Positions 1 to 10,016 of a stretch of DNA of 49,256 nt are shown one piece after another. The translations under genes were made by a program, and so were the position numbers. A model generated the notes under the pieces. The model ran no database searches. It had not been told where the DNA came from and worked only from the letters and a program-made list of their open reading frames with translations. Location: the IMG/VR virus record IMGVR_UViG_3300027533_000028, positions 1-49,256 of that record; one strand, given 5' to 3'. This DNA comes from a virus. Its lineage: Duplodnaviria > Caudoviricetes. Within the stretch, counting starts at the first letter, position 1; every line of letters begins with the position of its first letter.

Positions 1-53
1 GTTGTATCGAACTTAAAAGAAAGCGTAACAAAATCTTCTGAATAAATTACTCT
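1..53. repeat. Terminal direct repeat / circular overlap, left copy (matches 49204-49256)
   Basis: gttgtatcgaacttaaaagaAagCgtaacaaaatcttcTgaataaattactct vs ...agaGagTgtaacaaaatcttcCgaat... at the right end; 50/53 identical. Confidence 0.9.
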
Positions 54-1388
54 TCCATATTGGTTTCCGTCATGATCGGATAAAGTAGAAATTAAAGTTC
101 CTGACCTGTCCCTTAATTCAAAAATGTAATTATTTCGTAAAGTAAATATTTCAACATTGGAAATACAACCGTCAAATAAAGCAGAAGCAAAGATTGATAA
201 AACAGATGTTGCTGCGGGTGTGAAATATTGCGTGAAAGTTCCATTGCCAGATAATTGACCGCCCGAGATTCCAGCAACATTTAAAGAAATAAATCCGGCT
301 GTGCTGCCTGTAACGGTTACTTTAATCTGGTATCTTTCACCAATTAAAAGAGGTGCGGAATTAGTTAATGTGTCTGAAGTTCCAGGGGTTTTACATAGTG
401 CGCCTGGTGTGATAGTCCATAAAGCTACATCGAAATCCCAACAATCATCTGCCACCTCTTCAATGGAAATTAAACTTATCGAGCCGCAATAACCTGAACC
501 AGGCACAACCTCAATAGTAAAGTCTGTTCCGGTTCCTGATGTCATTGTCGTAGAAAATACTCCGGCTACTGCTGAAATCGCTGTTGTGTTACCGCCAAAG
601 TCTAAAATCAGATCCCCTGTAACTCCTGCGATAAAAGTAATTTCAATTACATAATTTGTTAATGGCGCAAGCACTCCGGCTGCGGTTAATATTGAACCAT
701 CCGCACACGCATTAGCTTGTCCTAATGAGTTTAAATGAAAGCCGTTTGTTACTCCCGCAGAGCCAAAATCCCATGAAGCTGCAATTCGTTTTACAGAAAC
801 AGAATCAATATCTCCATCAAAAGCAGATGAAGGATTAAACCCTACCTGATTGCGCCCCGCTGTTACTTTTATGTAATCGGTAAATGTTGCATTGGTTGAT
901 CTGGCTGTTCCTACTATCGCGCTGCCTGGTGTGCCTGAAATGGATAAGTAAGGAGTAATTGTTCCTGCTGTTCTATTCGATACCGTATAAGTAATCTCAT
1001 AAATTGCGTCGGTCACTAAAATCACTCCGAGTAGTTGTGTAGGGTCGGCTGTTGCTCCTGCGGTATGCCTGATATTATTAGAATTATAAGCCCAATTTGC
1101 ACCTAAAACCCATCCGTTTGCATTGCCTGTAAATGTTCCGTTAGTAACTAATTCCGCTTCAACCGCATTAAAATTTCCATCAGGTAAAACCTCATCCCCT
1201 GCCGTTAAACTTGAAAAGTCCTGATCGCATGTTATGGAAGGATCGCAGGGGGTTTGCTTAAATTGAGCCATCACATCGTCCCCGTCTTTATACGGCAAAC
1301 AATATTCCCGTTCATCACATGAAAAACAATCCGTAGGACGTACGGGGTTAAATCCGAGAGGTTGATATGGTATGGCTGTTAATGGCAT
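1..1388 (-). CDS. Tail protein, 5' part of an ~806-aa gene spanning the circular junction (continues 49203->48171)
   Basis: ATG at 1388 directly after the upstream stop (1389-1391): MPLTAIPYQPLGFNPVRPTDCFSCDEREYC...ELVTNGTFTGNANGW (CBM-like beta-sandwich motif). In frame with the overlap peptide RVIYSEDFVTLSFKFDT and with ORF 48171..49091. Absent from the ORF track because it has no stop in this segment. Confidence 0.8.
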   Translation of the reverse strand, partial: MPLTAIPYQPLGFNPVRPTDCFSCDEREYCLPYKDGDDVMAQFKQTPCDPSITCDQDFSSLTAGDEVLPDGNFNAVEAELVTNGTFTGNANGWVLGANWAYNSNNIRHTAGATADPTQLLGVILVTDAIYEITYTVSNRTAGTITPYLSISGTPGSAIVGTARSTNATFTDYIKVTAGRNQVGFNPSSAFDGDIDSVSVKRIAASWDFGSAGVTNGFHLNSLGQANACADGSILTAAGVLAPLTNYVIEITFIAGVTGDLILDFGGNTTAISAVAGVFSTTMTSGTGTDFTIEVVPGSGYCGSISLISIEEVADDCWDFDVALWTITPGALCKTPGTSDTLTNSAPLLIGERYQIKVTVTGSTAGFISLNVAGISGGQLSGNGTFTQYFTPAATSVLSIFASALFDGCISNVEIFTLRNNYIFELRDRSGTLISTLSDHDGNQYGRVIYSEDFVTLSFKFDT

Positions 1389-3689
1389 TTATACGTAAGT
1401 TACAACTGAATTATAAGTAGTTCCTGAAATGTCAATTATAGTAATATCAGTATCGGGGTTAAAAATAGTTATTATGAATGAATATAAAGCCCCGATTAAT
1501 TGTGTTTTATTAACAGTAACAGAATCAAAAGTAATTCCGCTTGCGCCTAAACAAGTTTCTATTGCTAATAATATCGCTGCGGCTGAATCGTTCAAAGGTA
1601 TTGCCGCGCACGCTGTGGTGCTTCCGCCTGAATTATAAGTGAATGAATCAATGGTATCTGCTGCATCCAACATATCAAACGTAAAGCGGTATCCGTAACT
1701 AAAATCAGATTGTTCTAATGTGCCGCCTATTGAGTTAATCGAAGCCTTTAAAATTACTTTCGCATTTGTGGTTTTATGATTGTAAGTTACCTGCTCAATC
1801 CATCCGAAATAGTTTTCGTTAATAACCGATAATTCTACTTTGAATTTTGATCGGGTGTTTTGTAATAGTGTTTGGAAATCAGTTGCTGAAATAGGATATT
1901 CAAATTCGAGTAATATGTTTCTCAAATCTGCTGCATTGTATTCTGCAACTATCCCACCTGTGTCGGGTGAGGATGTGCAACTAAATTTACTATCCGCTTT
2001 CATTCTGAATCTTTGGTGTAAAGCTGTATTGAAAATTCCAAATGATGCTAAACTAACTATTGGCGCAATGGTATCTCCTGAATTTAAAAATACATTGATT
2101 GTCGCGGTTATAGGATAAGTGCCGTCTGCATAATTAACAGGCGAACCTACAAATGTTTGAGTGCCGTTTACATTAAATCCGAATTGCGCCTGTACTGCAT
2201 TGCCGCTAATGTAACCTTGCACTACTGCGAGAATATAAAGATTGAAGGTATAAAATCCGTCTTGTGGTGCGGTATATTCATTAGTTCCTAAATTAAAATT
2301 CCCGCCAGGATCAACTTCGGTTTGAAATGAAATCGGATCAACAATTAATAAACCTGGATCAAGTGGGATTGCAGGTACGGTATCATCTCCATAAACTTCT
2401 TCAACTGTTTTTGTAGCAAGAAAATCATTTGTGCTGAAATTAATAAACCCTGCAACCAAACCGCCCTGAATAGTTCCGTAAAAAGATTCGAGTACATTAG
2501 AGTTTATCAATTCCATGTTATAGAATTGAGGGGGTGTTGTGCCAAAAGGATTTGAACCTACTGCATCCGCTGTTTGCGCTCCATCATCAATATTTTCAAC
2601 ATGGATTAAAAATAAATCATCATCATAAGAATCAGAACCATGAACTAAAGCATCTTCAATGGCATTTGAACTGACAACAAAACTTTTTACTAAATTTAAT
2701 TCAGCATCTAAATTACATTGTCCTAATGGGTAAAATGTTTCTTCTTTGAAGCCGTTAAATCTGATGTCTTCGGGATATTGGCAATATGGAAAATCTGCAA
2801 TGATTTGTGAACCCGCCCGAATTACTGCATAAATTTCATCGGTCTTTACGGATGTTTTTATCTTTTCAGGATCGGCAAAAATCAGAGAATCTGTTTCAGT
2901 AAAGAAATAAGATTTTAATTCCAATCTTAAAACAGGCTTTGTAGTTGTGTCGGTAGGATATTCAATAGTCCACCCTATATCCCTGCACTTGCGAATGTTA
3001 TCAAACATTTGCTGATATGAAACTTCCCACATCGGAGTAACAATACCATCAACACGAATTGAAAACCCCTGTGTTATCATTAATTGCAAATCATCGTCTA
3101 AAAAATCAGATTCAAATTCCACTTCATTATCAGACATGAATCTTACAAGGTATCGCATTACGTCAATTACCTTAAAGGCGTTGCGTGTGCCTGCGGGTGT
3201 ACCATCAGGAACTAATACTCCCGTTGCAGGAACAAACATAGATGTCTTATAAAAATTGCACGCGGGAATTGCTATTCCGTTCTTTGTTGATCCCGCTAAA
3301 ATACTTGTTTGAATATTTTTATTGTTATTGATACGAGCGTAAAAAGAATCATCCTGAACTTTTACTGTAACAACTCCTTTTAACAAATCAATTTTTAAAT
3401 CAGAAACAAATACTTTGCCTCTATGAATAAAAGTAAAGTTATTGCCTTCATCAAAAGACTGTTCAACCAAAACGGGTACATCCTGACAAATGGATTCATT
3501 GAAATATTTATTTTTAAAATAATCAAACATACTGCCCACAAAAACAAGTTCAACATCCTGTGTTACTAATAATCCTTTTAATGTGGATGAATCACGTTTA
3601 ATGGTTGTAACAAGTTTATCCCAACCCTGTATATTTTCAGGTTCGGTTATTATTACTCCGTCAATCGTGTATCGGTAGAGGATTGCCAT
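1389..3689 (-). CDS. Tail/baseplate structural protein with internal C1q-like domain
   Basis: 766 aa, second gene after the tape measure; DPGGNFNLGTNEYTAPQDGFYTF...GDTI resembles the C1q/TNF-like signature. Confidence 0.65.
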   Translation of the reverse strand: MAILYRYTIDGVIITEPENIQGWDKLVTTIKRDSSTLKGLLVTQDVELVFVGSMFDYFKNKYFNESICQDVPVLVEQSFDEGNNFTFIHRGKVFVSDLKIDLLKGVVTVKVQDDSFYARINNNKNIQTSILAGSTKNGIAIPACNFYKTSMFVPATGVLVPDGTPAGTRNAFKVIDVMRYLVRFMSDNEVEFESDFLDDDLQLMITQGFSIRVDGIVTPMWEVSYQQMFDNIRKCRDIGWTIEYPTDTTTKPVLRLELKSYFFTETDSLIFADPEKIKTSVKTDEIYAVIRAGSQIIADFPYCQYPEDIRFNGFKEETFYPLGQCNLDAELNLVKSFVVSSNAIEDALVHGSDSYDDDLFLIHVENIDDGAQTADAVGSNPFGTTPPQFYNMELINSNVLESFYGTIQGGLVAGFINFSTNDFLATKTVEEVYGDDTVPAIPLDPGLLIVDPISFQTEVDPGGNFNLGTNEYTAPQDGFYTFNLYILAVVQGYISGNAVQAQFGFNVNGTQTFVGSPVNYADGTYPITATINVFLNSGDTIAPIVSLASFGIFNTALHQRFRMKADSKFSCTSSPDTGGIVAEYNAADLRNILLEFEYPISATDFQTLLQNTRSKFKVELSVINENYFGWIEQVTYNHKTTNAKVILKASINSIGGTLEQSDFSYGYRFTFDMLDAADTIDSFTYNSGGSTTACAAIPLNDSAAAILLAIETCLGASGITFDSVTVNKTQLIGALYSFIITIFNPDTDITIIDISGTTYNSVVTYV

Positions 3690-3698
3690 TAGTTAATC

Positions 3699-4793
3699 TT
3701 ACTGTATTTCAAGTGTAATTGTACCAATTGCAACTTTTGTTCCTGATGCGGTGTAAGTTGCTCCGTTTACGGTCCTTCTTAATATTACAACCGATGTAGC
3801 TGGATCAACTCTTGTTAATCCAGCTACTGCGGCAGCTCCGCTGTCTACTGCTGAAGTAACTACAAACTGTGAACTATCCGATATTGAAGTTGCGGGAAAT
3901 GTAAATGTAGTGGTTGTACTATCACTTGTTCCTGCAAGATGGTATCTTATAATCATTGTTTTGCCAATAATCTTGTACCATATTTGTTTAGTAGTAAAAG
4001 ATGACCATCCTACTACTGTTGAGGTGCCTGTGTAATCAGTCCAAGCAGTTGCTAAATCAACAACTCCAGCCATTGGAAGCCCTGCGCAATTTGTTAATGT
4101 TCCGCTTGTTGGTGTTCCTAATATTGGAGTAATAAACGTAGGGGATGTGCAGCTATCAAATAAAGCCACCCCTGTTCCGTTTTCGTCACTTAAAACCCCC
4201 CTTAATTGCAAGCTGGAAGTACTTGCAAATTGAGATAACGGACTGGCTACTTTCCCTAATAAAGCCTCAAATGTTGCTGATATATCAATTACAGGTGTTG
4301 CCCCACCTGTTGAGGTTACCCTATTGGTTGTCCCTGATACTGATGTTACCGTTCCAACTGCGGGTGTTGCATATTCAACCGCTGTTTCCCCTAAGTTTAC
4401 CCTTAAAACTTTTAAGGAGTTTCCTGTTAATGAATCTGCGGGAGCGAGTTTGGTGTTTAATGATACTGTTCCAGATGTTGTTATCGGACCGCCTGTTAAT
4501 CCTGTTCCTGTTCCTACACTTGTTACCGTACCACTCCCACCCGCTCCGTCAATCATTGCCTGAATAGCTGCCGTTAAAGCTGCTGCGCTTGCAACTACGG
4601 GAGTGGTTACATCATTAAAATCAATATCGAGCTTTTTAGTAGTGTATCCTAATTCATAAAGATGCCAGTTTAAAGTACAAATTGGTTCAACATAACTTAC
4701 CCGTAAATTACTTTTATCAATATAATACAAAAGAACCCCGCTGTTATCAACGAGGATTTGAGTTGCTGAAAAATCGGTTATGGAATAAGCCAT
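3699..4793 (-). CDS. Tail fibre-like protein
   Basis: Gly/Thr-rich GTVTSV repeats (GTVTSVGTGTGLTGGPITTSGT; GTVTSVSGT) and a C-terminal WTDYT...WYKIIGK fibre-tip-like region. Confidence 0.65.
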   Translation of the reverse strand: MAYSITDFSATQILVDNSGVLLYYIDKSNLRVSYVEPICTLNWHLYELGYTTKKLDIDFNDVTTPVVASAAALTAAIQAMIDGAGGSGTVTSVGTGTGLTGGPITTSGTVSLNTKLAPADSLTGNSLKVLRVNLGETAVEYATPAVGTVTSVSGTTNRVTSTGGATPVIDISATFEALLGKVASPLSQFASTSSLQLRGVLSDENGTGVALFDSCTSPTFITPILGTPTSGTLTNCAGLPMAGVVDLATAWTDYTGTSTVVGWSSFTTKQIWYKIIGKTMIIRYHLAGTSDSTTTTFTFPATSISDSSQFVVTSAVDSGAAAVAGLTRVDPATSVVILRRTVNGATYTASGTKVAIGTITLEIQ

Positions 4794-7700
4794 TTAATTT
4801 CTTCTCGGATCATTACTCATTTTCTCTGCAATCTTTTCAGCAAGATAATCAGCATAAGCCATTTTCTGCCCTCTTAATCCGTACCGCTCTGCATTAATAT
4901 AATCTTCCTTTGTCATAAATTCGGATTTATCGGTTTTGGTAATGTTATTATTAATAACTGAACTTACAATGTTTTTAAAAAACTGTTGCTCTTTTTGAGT
5001 TTCAACCTCTGTACGTTTTTCAATCAGGATCGGAGCGATCTGAACTTGCTTAGTAATGAAATCATAATTTGTAAACTCTTTCAGCTTTTCGGTTGTGTAG
5101 GTGTTAATAATTTCCCTGCGCTCTTTTGTGATTGCGGGTAAAATATATTCTTTGTGAATTAACGAATCTAATTCATCATCAAACATCGCAGAAATAAATT
5201 TACGGTTTTGGCGGTATTTTGTATTCGGCAAAACTTGCGAACCTTCGGGAAGATTAATAATTTCCTGCCCCGCTTCACCTACAACTGCTAATCCTGAATC
5301 GCGTTTTCCTTTAGTTCCTTCTTTGAATTTCGGTAACGGCACTGCGATTGCTGTTGCTAATTCTATCGCCCCTATTGCACCCACTACTATGGATAAAGGT
5401 ATATTTGGCAATGCTGCAACAATCGCTCTGGCAGTATTTAAAAGAATGTTTGCTATTGCTATTTCCCTATCTAATAAAGCCTGTTTTCTTTTTATTTCTT
5501 TGGTTTCAGCTTCAAGTTTCTTTTCAGCTACAATCCTTTTCTGTTTGATTTGTGCGCTCTGATCTTCATAACTCTTTTCACTTATCAATCGGCTATCTCT
5601 ACTCTGCTGTAATCTTTCTTCTTCGGCATCAATGGCTTCGAGCTGAGCGTTTGAAATTTCTTGCAGTTGTTCAATCTGCTGATCCGTATTAGCCCTTGTT
5701 AATGTAGAGAATGATGAAAGTGCTGCGGTAATTACATCGGTAATTTGATTGAAGGCGGTAACATAGCTCTGTACTCTTAATTCGTTTTGCTCTTGCGTAT
5801 CTTGCGTAAGCTCCGTTTCGCCCTTAATAATTAAATCAATAATCTTTTGCTGCGCCTGAATTTTTTGCGCTGCTGATGTAGCATTCGATTTAATTATTTC
5901 CTGGTTTTTAACTATTTCCGCCTGAATTTCAACGGCTGCGATTTCCTGTGCAAGTTTAGCGGCTGCCTCTTTGCTGAAATCTTCCCTTTGTTTAAATGCT
6001 TCGGTTAGTCTTAATTTTTGCTGTGCTGCAACTAAATCAATCGAAGCAAGAGTATTATCTAAGTCCTCTTTGGCATTTGTTTCATTAATTTCTTTTAACT
6101 TCTTGGCAGTATCTTCGGCAATCTTAATTGTTGCATCGCTTATTAACTTTTCAAAGCCTATTTCAATATTTGAAAGTGTTTCTTTAAGGTTTGCCCGATC
6201 CTGTACAGATTTGCTTGTAAGATTAAATACCCTTACTGCATTTTGTAACTGTTTATCAAATTCAGCATCGAGTTTCGCAATCGGATCATCAACCGCCTGA
6301 ATTGCTGCTAAATCTTCTGCGGATTTAATTCGTAATTGTAAAAGTTTTTCTGAATTATCCTGCTCAATCTTTAAAAGTTTATCCGCTTGCTCCTGCGCTT
6401 TTTTATTTCTCTCTTCCTGAGCTTTACCTGTAATTTCATCAATTAATTTTTGAGTATCGGCAATCTCTTTTAAAATCTTATCCTTTTGTGCCGGATCAAT
6501 CGCGACCCCAAATTCAGTTAATGGAAGTTGTTTTAATTCAAGTTGCAGTGCCGCTAATTTTTGCTCTAACTTTTCGAGGTTGTTAATATCCTGCGCTGTT
6601 CTCGCTTCGGTTGTAACGGTTAATGGTTCACCCCTTAAAGATTTTAATTGTAATTCTAATCCCCTTACTTTGGCAGCAAGTAAATCAGCTTCTTTTTTAA
6701 ACTCTGCTATATCAGCAGGCAACAACTTAACTCTTACCGATGTTGCGCCTGTGCTTGCCAATGAAGTTCCTAACTGCTGAACGGATGTTGTTCCTGAGTT
6801 TAAGTCGGCAACTAAAGACTTTAGCCTTAAACTTAATTGATCGAATTGTTTTTGAGTTTCAAGTATTTTCTGTTCATTAAGCGAAGCGGTTAAATCTTTT
6901 TGCGCCTGTATTGCATCCCTTGCAGCTTTGGAAGAAATGTCTAACGCTTTGCCATACTGATCAAATCCGGTTATTGTTTCCGGTAACGCATCCCCCACCT
7001 GAATAATTATCTGTTCAAGTTCTTTCTGCTCGTCTGCGCTTAATGTTGTTTTGGAGTTTAATTCATCATAACGGTCAAGTAATGGAGAAATGTTTTCGGT
7101 AAGATTTGCCGTTGCTTTCGCCTGTTCGTCAAGTTGTTTTGTAACATTCTCTAAATCGGTGTTACTTAATTCATCGAAAGTATTTACAAGGCTTGATAAA
7201 CCATCTACTAACGGGGCTAATAAATTTCGGGTAATAGCCGCACCTATTTTTTCCTGTAAATCATCTAACTGATTATTGAATTTTGCAATCGCTCCGGTTG
7301 CGGTATTGCCAATTACTTCGGCTTGTCCCTGAAACTTTGCAGTAAGCTGATCAGTTATTTGCGCTAAGTCTTTTGTGCGATCTCCGGTGTTTTTTACTTC
7401 AATACCATAAACTTTTAATCCTCTTGCCTGCCCTTCTGTACCACGTAAAACAGATTCTAAAGCGGTTTGTAAGTCTTGCCCTGTTGCGCTTGCGAAGTCG
7501 GCAATAACAGGTATTAAGTCCTCAACCTGCTTTTGAGTAAGCCCGAATTGAAAAGCTAATGTTTGAGCGTTTTGTATTTGCTCATCTGAAAAGATAGTGA
7601 CTTTTTGAAGTTCTTTTGATTGGTCAATAAATCTTCCAACTGCTGAATCATCTCCGCCACCTACATTTTTAATAGCAACTTCTAAAAGTTTGGCGGATTT

Positions 7701-8147
7701 TTCAGCTTCAAAAAATGCCTCTAATGAGGCTTTGCCAAAGTTTACTATTGCACCAATAGAAAAAGCCGCTATTATTGATGTACCTACTCCAGCGAGTTGT
7801 GATTTAAGGTTATCAAATATTCCGCCCGTTTGACCTACTTCGCCTTTTAATAATGCAATGTTTCTTTTGCTTTCAGCTATTTTATTATTGAAATCCTTTA
7901 TTTCAGGTACGGTAAAAGCTAACTTACTTTGAACTTGTAATTGTTTTAAAACTACAATCTCTTCCTGTAAAAGTTTCTTACGTGCGTCTGCGGATGCTTT
8001 TAACGCGACATTCGCCTTTTGCTGATCTGTGGCAATTACTTTCTGCCCTTCGGCAAGTTTCTTCTGCTGAATTATTATCTGATCTACCTTTGCCTGTAAA
8101 TCGGTTTTATCAGCTAAATACCTTGTTATTATTGTTACTTCTGCCAT
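4794..8147 (-). CDS. Tape measure protein
   Basis: 1117 aa, Ala/Gln/Lys-rich helical; TMP-type segment (IPVIADFASATGQDLQTA...LKVYGI) and C-terminal PKFKEGT...AVVGEAGQE motif. Confidence 0.9.
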   Translation of the reverse strand: MAEVTIITRYLADKTDLQAKVDQIIIQQKKLAEGQKVIATDQQKANVALKASADARKKLLQEEIVVLKQLQVQSKLAFTVPEIKDFNNKIAESKRNIALLKGEVGQTGGIFDNLKSQLAGVGTSIIAAFSIGAIVNFGKASLEAFFEAEKSAKLLEVAIKNVGGGDDSAVGRFIDQSKELQKVTIFSDEQIQNAQTLAFQFGLTQKQVEDLIPVIADFASATGQDLQTALESVLRGTEGQARGLKVYGIEVKNTGDRTKDLAQITDQLTAKFQGQAEVIGNTATGAIAKFNNQLDDLQEKIGAAITRNLLAPLVDGLSSLVNTFDELSNTDLENVTKQLDEQAKATANLTENISPLLDRYDELNSKTTLSADEQKELEQIIIQVGDALPETITGFDQYGKALDISSKAARDAIQAQKDLTASLNEQKILETQKQFDQLSLRLKSLVADLNSGTTSVQQLGTSLASTGATSVRVKLLPADIAEFKKEADLLAAKVRGLELQLKSLRGEPLTVTTEARTAQDINNLEKLEQKLAALQLELKQLPLTEFGVAIDPAQKDKILKEIADTQKLIDEITGKAQEERNKKAQEQADKLLKIEQDNSEKLLQLRIKSAEDLAAIQAVDDPIAKLDAEFDKQLQNAVRVFNLTSKSVQDRANLKETLSNIEIGFEKLISDATIKIAEDTAKKLKEINETNAKEDLDNTLASIDLVAAQQKLRLTEAFKQREDFSKEAAAKLAQEIAAVEIQAEIVKNQEIIKSNATSAAQKIQAQQKIIDLIIKGETELTQDTQEQNELRVQSYVTAFNQITDVITAALSSFSTLTRANTDQQIEQLQEISNAQLEAIDAEEERLQQSRDSRLISEKSYEDQSAQIKQKRIVAEKKLEAETKEIKRKQALLDREIAIANILLNTARAIVAALPNIPLSIVVGAIGAIELATAIAVPLPKFKEGTKGKRDSGLAVVGEAGQEIINLPEGSQVLPNTKYRQNRKFISAMFDDELDSLIHKEYILPAITKERREIINTYTTEKLKEFTNYDFITKQVQIAPILIEKRTEVETQKEQQFFKNIVSSVINNNITKTDKSEFMTKEDYINAERYGLRGQKMAYADYLAEKIAEKMSNDPRRN

Positions 8148-8209
8148 TGGTAGGAAAGCATTTTAAAAGAATCTTTGGGAGATTGTCTAAGGCTCTTCCC
8201 GCCTACCAA
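8147..8209 (-). promoter_or_regulatory. Structured 5' leader of the tape measure gene
   Basis: Minus-strand TTGGTAGG (8209-8202) pairs with CCTACCAA (8154-8147, ending at the A of ATG); internal hairpin AATCT-CCCAA-AGATT (8184-8170). Confidence 0.5.
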
Positions 8210-8234
8210 ATATTTTGTAAAAGTAAAAAAAGAA

Positions 8235-8540
8235 TTACATTAAAACTTCCCTTAATAAAATTTTATTCAACTCTTCATTGTATTGCTCAAGCGTAAAACC
8301 TTCTTTGACTTTCGGGATGCCATTATCGGTAATAACCTTTTTATTTTCATCGAACTCTAAGAACTTTAAATTACATTCCAATGTTTCTCTTTTAGCGGTT
8401 TCTATCCGAAGATCGTAGTCATCGTAGAATTGTTTAATCTTTGACCTATTAAAAAAAGAGCAAACCGTATTATTTTTTATCTGGTTTTGTATTTGCCTGT
8501 CATAATTAAGAAGGTTCCCGTACGTTAAAACTAATTTCAT
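8235..8540 (-). CDS. Hypothetical protein (tail module)
   Basis: 101-aa ORF coupled to the upstream ORF by an ATGA overlap. Confidence 0.7.
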   Translation of the reverse strand: MKLVLTYGNLLNYDRQIQNQIKNNTVCSFFNRSKIKQFYDDYDLRIETAKRETLECNLKFLEFDENKKVITDNGIPKVKEGFTLEQYNEELNKILLREVLM

Positions 8541-8859
8541 TTTACTTTCTTTAGGTTTTCAACTTGCTTTTTTAATGATTCAATTTTATCAATATGGTTT
8601 TCGAGTTTCAATAAATATGTTTCACATGAAGATAATTGAAGCGTTTGAAACTCATTTGTGTTACCATCTGCTAATAACATTAACTGTTTGCTGAAATCGT
8701 TGTTCCATTTGATGATTTCTTTTCGGGGTGAAACAAATCCAATATCGGGTTCAACGCTGCCTGTATCGCTTGTGATTCGTGCCACAATGTTGTTAATTCG
8801 GGTTGTGTAAGCCGAGTAAAATCTATCGGATTGGTTAATTGTGTCTGATGAAAAAAAAA
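8537..8859 (-). CDS. Tail assembly chaperone 'T' frame (probable -1 frameshift extension)
   Basis: The -1 frame relative to 8680..9360 is open from just upstream of a T9 run (8859-8851) to the stop at 8537; weak own start (GTG 8785). Confidence 0.6.
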
Positions 8860-9360
8860 GTACGCGCCCTCTTTATCGATCAGCTCTTTCATTTGATTAA
8901 CCTTTTCAATATGGATTTGATTATTGTATTGCTCCGGTGTTTCATCTTCGCGTATTGCCTGAACGGCTACAATATTAATCAATAGTTCGGAATGGAAAAC
9001 AAGTTTCATGCGTTCTTTGAGATGCTCAATTAATACTCCGAGTTTGGCTGCTGTTCCTGGTTGCCCTATCCCTTCGCTTAAAATCTTGTCCATTGAATCA
9101 ATAACTTTTTCAAACTCAATATTGCTGATGCCTGCTGATAGCCATGTATAAAAACCTTTCAGCACCCCCAAACGTGGCAAAGGTAAGCTCATATGCTTAG
9201 GGAACTTATAAAACTGCGTTCCTTCAACTGATAAAAACCATTTCTCTAAATGTGCGTGAGTAACAGGATTGCTTTGTTTGGATGCAAAGAATCTTTTAAA
9301 CTCATCAGGGTTTTTCTGCCAGATGGATTGAAGAGTTTCGGTGAGGGTTTTTACTGCCAT
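8680..9360 (-). CDS. Tail assembly chaperone 'G'-like protein
   Basis: Position upstream of the TMP, overlapping -1 frame ORF, EKK followed by an S/T-rich tail. Confidence 0.6.
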   Translation of the reverse strand: MAVKTLTETLQSIWQKNPDEFKRFFASKQSNPVTHAHLEKWFLSVEGTQFYKFPKHMSLPLPRLGVLKGFYTWLSAGISNIEFEKVIDSMDKILSEGIGQPGTAAKLGVLIEHLKERMKLVFHSELLINIVAVQAIREDETPEQYNNQIHIEKVNQMKELIDKEGAYFFFHQTQLTNPIDFTRLTQPELTTLWHESQAIQAALNPILDLFHPEKKSSNGTTISANS

Positions 9361-9713
9361 TAAAGTTCCAATGCTTTTAACCCTGCGATTATTCTGTTAA
9401 ACCCCGCCAATGCTGTTACGTAAATAATGTGGGAATAAATTAACATAAAGCTGAACGGTAAATAAATGTAAATCGGAATCCAGATGATGAGCGAATGTAA
9501 TGAAGCCATGCAAATAACACAATTACAAACCGGCTTACTCCACTTTTCGCCTAACCATTTTTCTGAATAAAATTTCACGAACCATAAAATCTCTTTTGAA
9601 TCTTCCCATACTTTATTTCTGGGATCACGTTCAAACTTACAGGCATAATGAAAACCGAATATTTCAAGAGAGTTAAATAAAAACAGGAAAACTATGAGGG
9701 AAAATTCAGGCAT
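9360..9713 (-). CDS. Membrane protein with CxCxxC motif (DUF1360-like)
   Basis: Hydrophobic segments flanking PVCNCVICMASLH. Confidence 0.5.
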   Translation of the reverse strand: MPEFSLIVFLFLFNSLEIFGFHYACKFERDPRNKVWEDSKEILWFVKFYSEKWLGEKWSKPVCNCVICMASLHSLIIWIPIYIYLPFSFMLIYSHIIYVTALAGFNRIIAGLKALEL

Positions 9714-10011
9714 GCGTTAAGTTTAACATTTCTTTTAAATTTTTTATTTCTTCTCTTAATTTAATTATTTCTTTAGTTTTATTATTTAAAAGTTGATCAT
9801 AATGAATCTTGATCGCTTCTGTTCTATCTTCTTTTTTGTTTTTATTATTCTTTTTTTGCGTTATGTGCCAAGCACCGCAAGGGCATTTATATGTATATAA
9901 TTCCTGAATTGGTTTGCCATTTTTTATTTTTTGACTATTTAAAAAATCAATTTGTATATGAGCTGCATTATCGTTTGGAAACCTTATTTTATTACATTCA
10001 AAAGTAGCCAT
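9706..10011 (-). CDS. Hypothetical Zn-binding protein
   Basis: YKCPCGAWHIT motif and a C-terminal coiled coil. Confidence 0.55.
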   Translation of the reverse strand: MATFECNKIRFPNDNAAHIQIDFLNSQKIKNGKPIQELYTYKCPCGAWHITQKKNNKNKKEDRTEAIKIHYDQLLNNKTKEIIKLREEIKNLKEMLNLTHA

Positions 10012-10016
10012 TCCCC

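Noticed and set aside
301-8296. Plus-strand ORFs in the ORF track overlapping tail genes (e.g. 301-492, 1429-1638, 4145-4567, 5971-6300, 7982-8296)
   Set aside because: Antisense shadows of long minus-strand genes, with no motifs or start context
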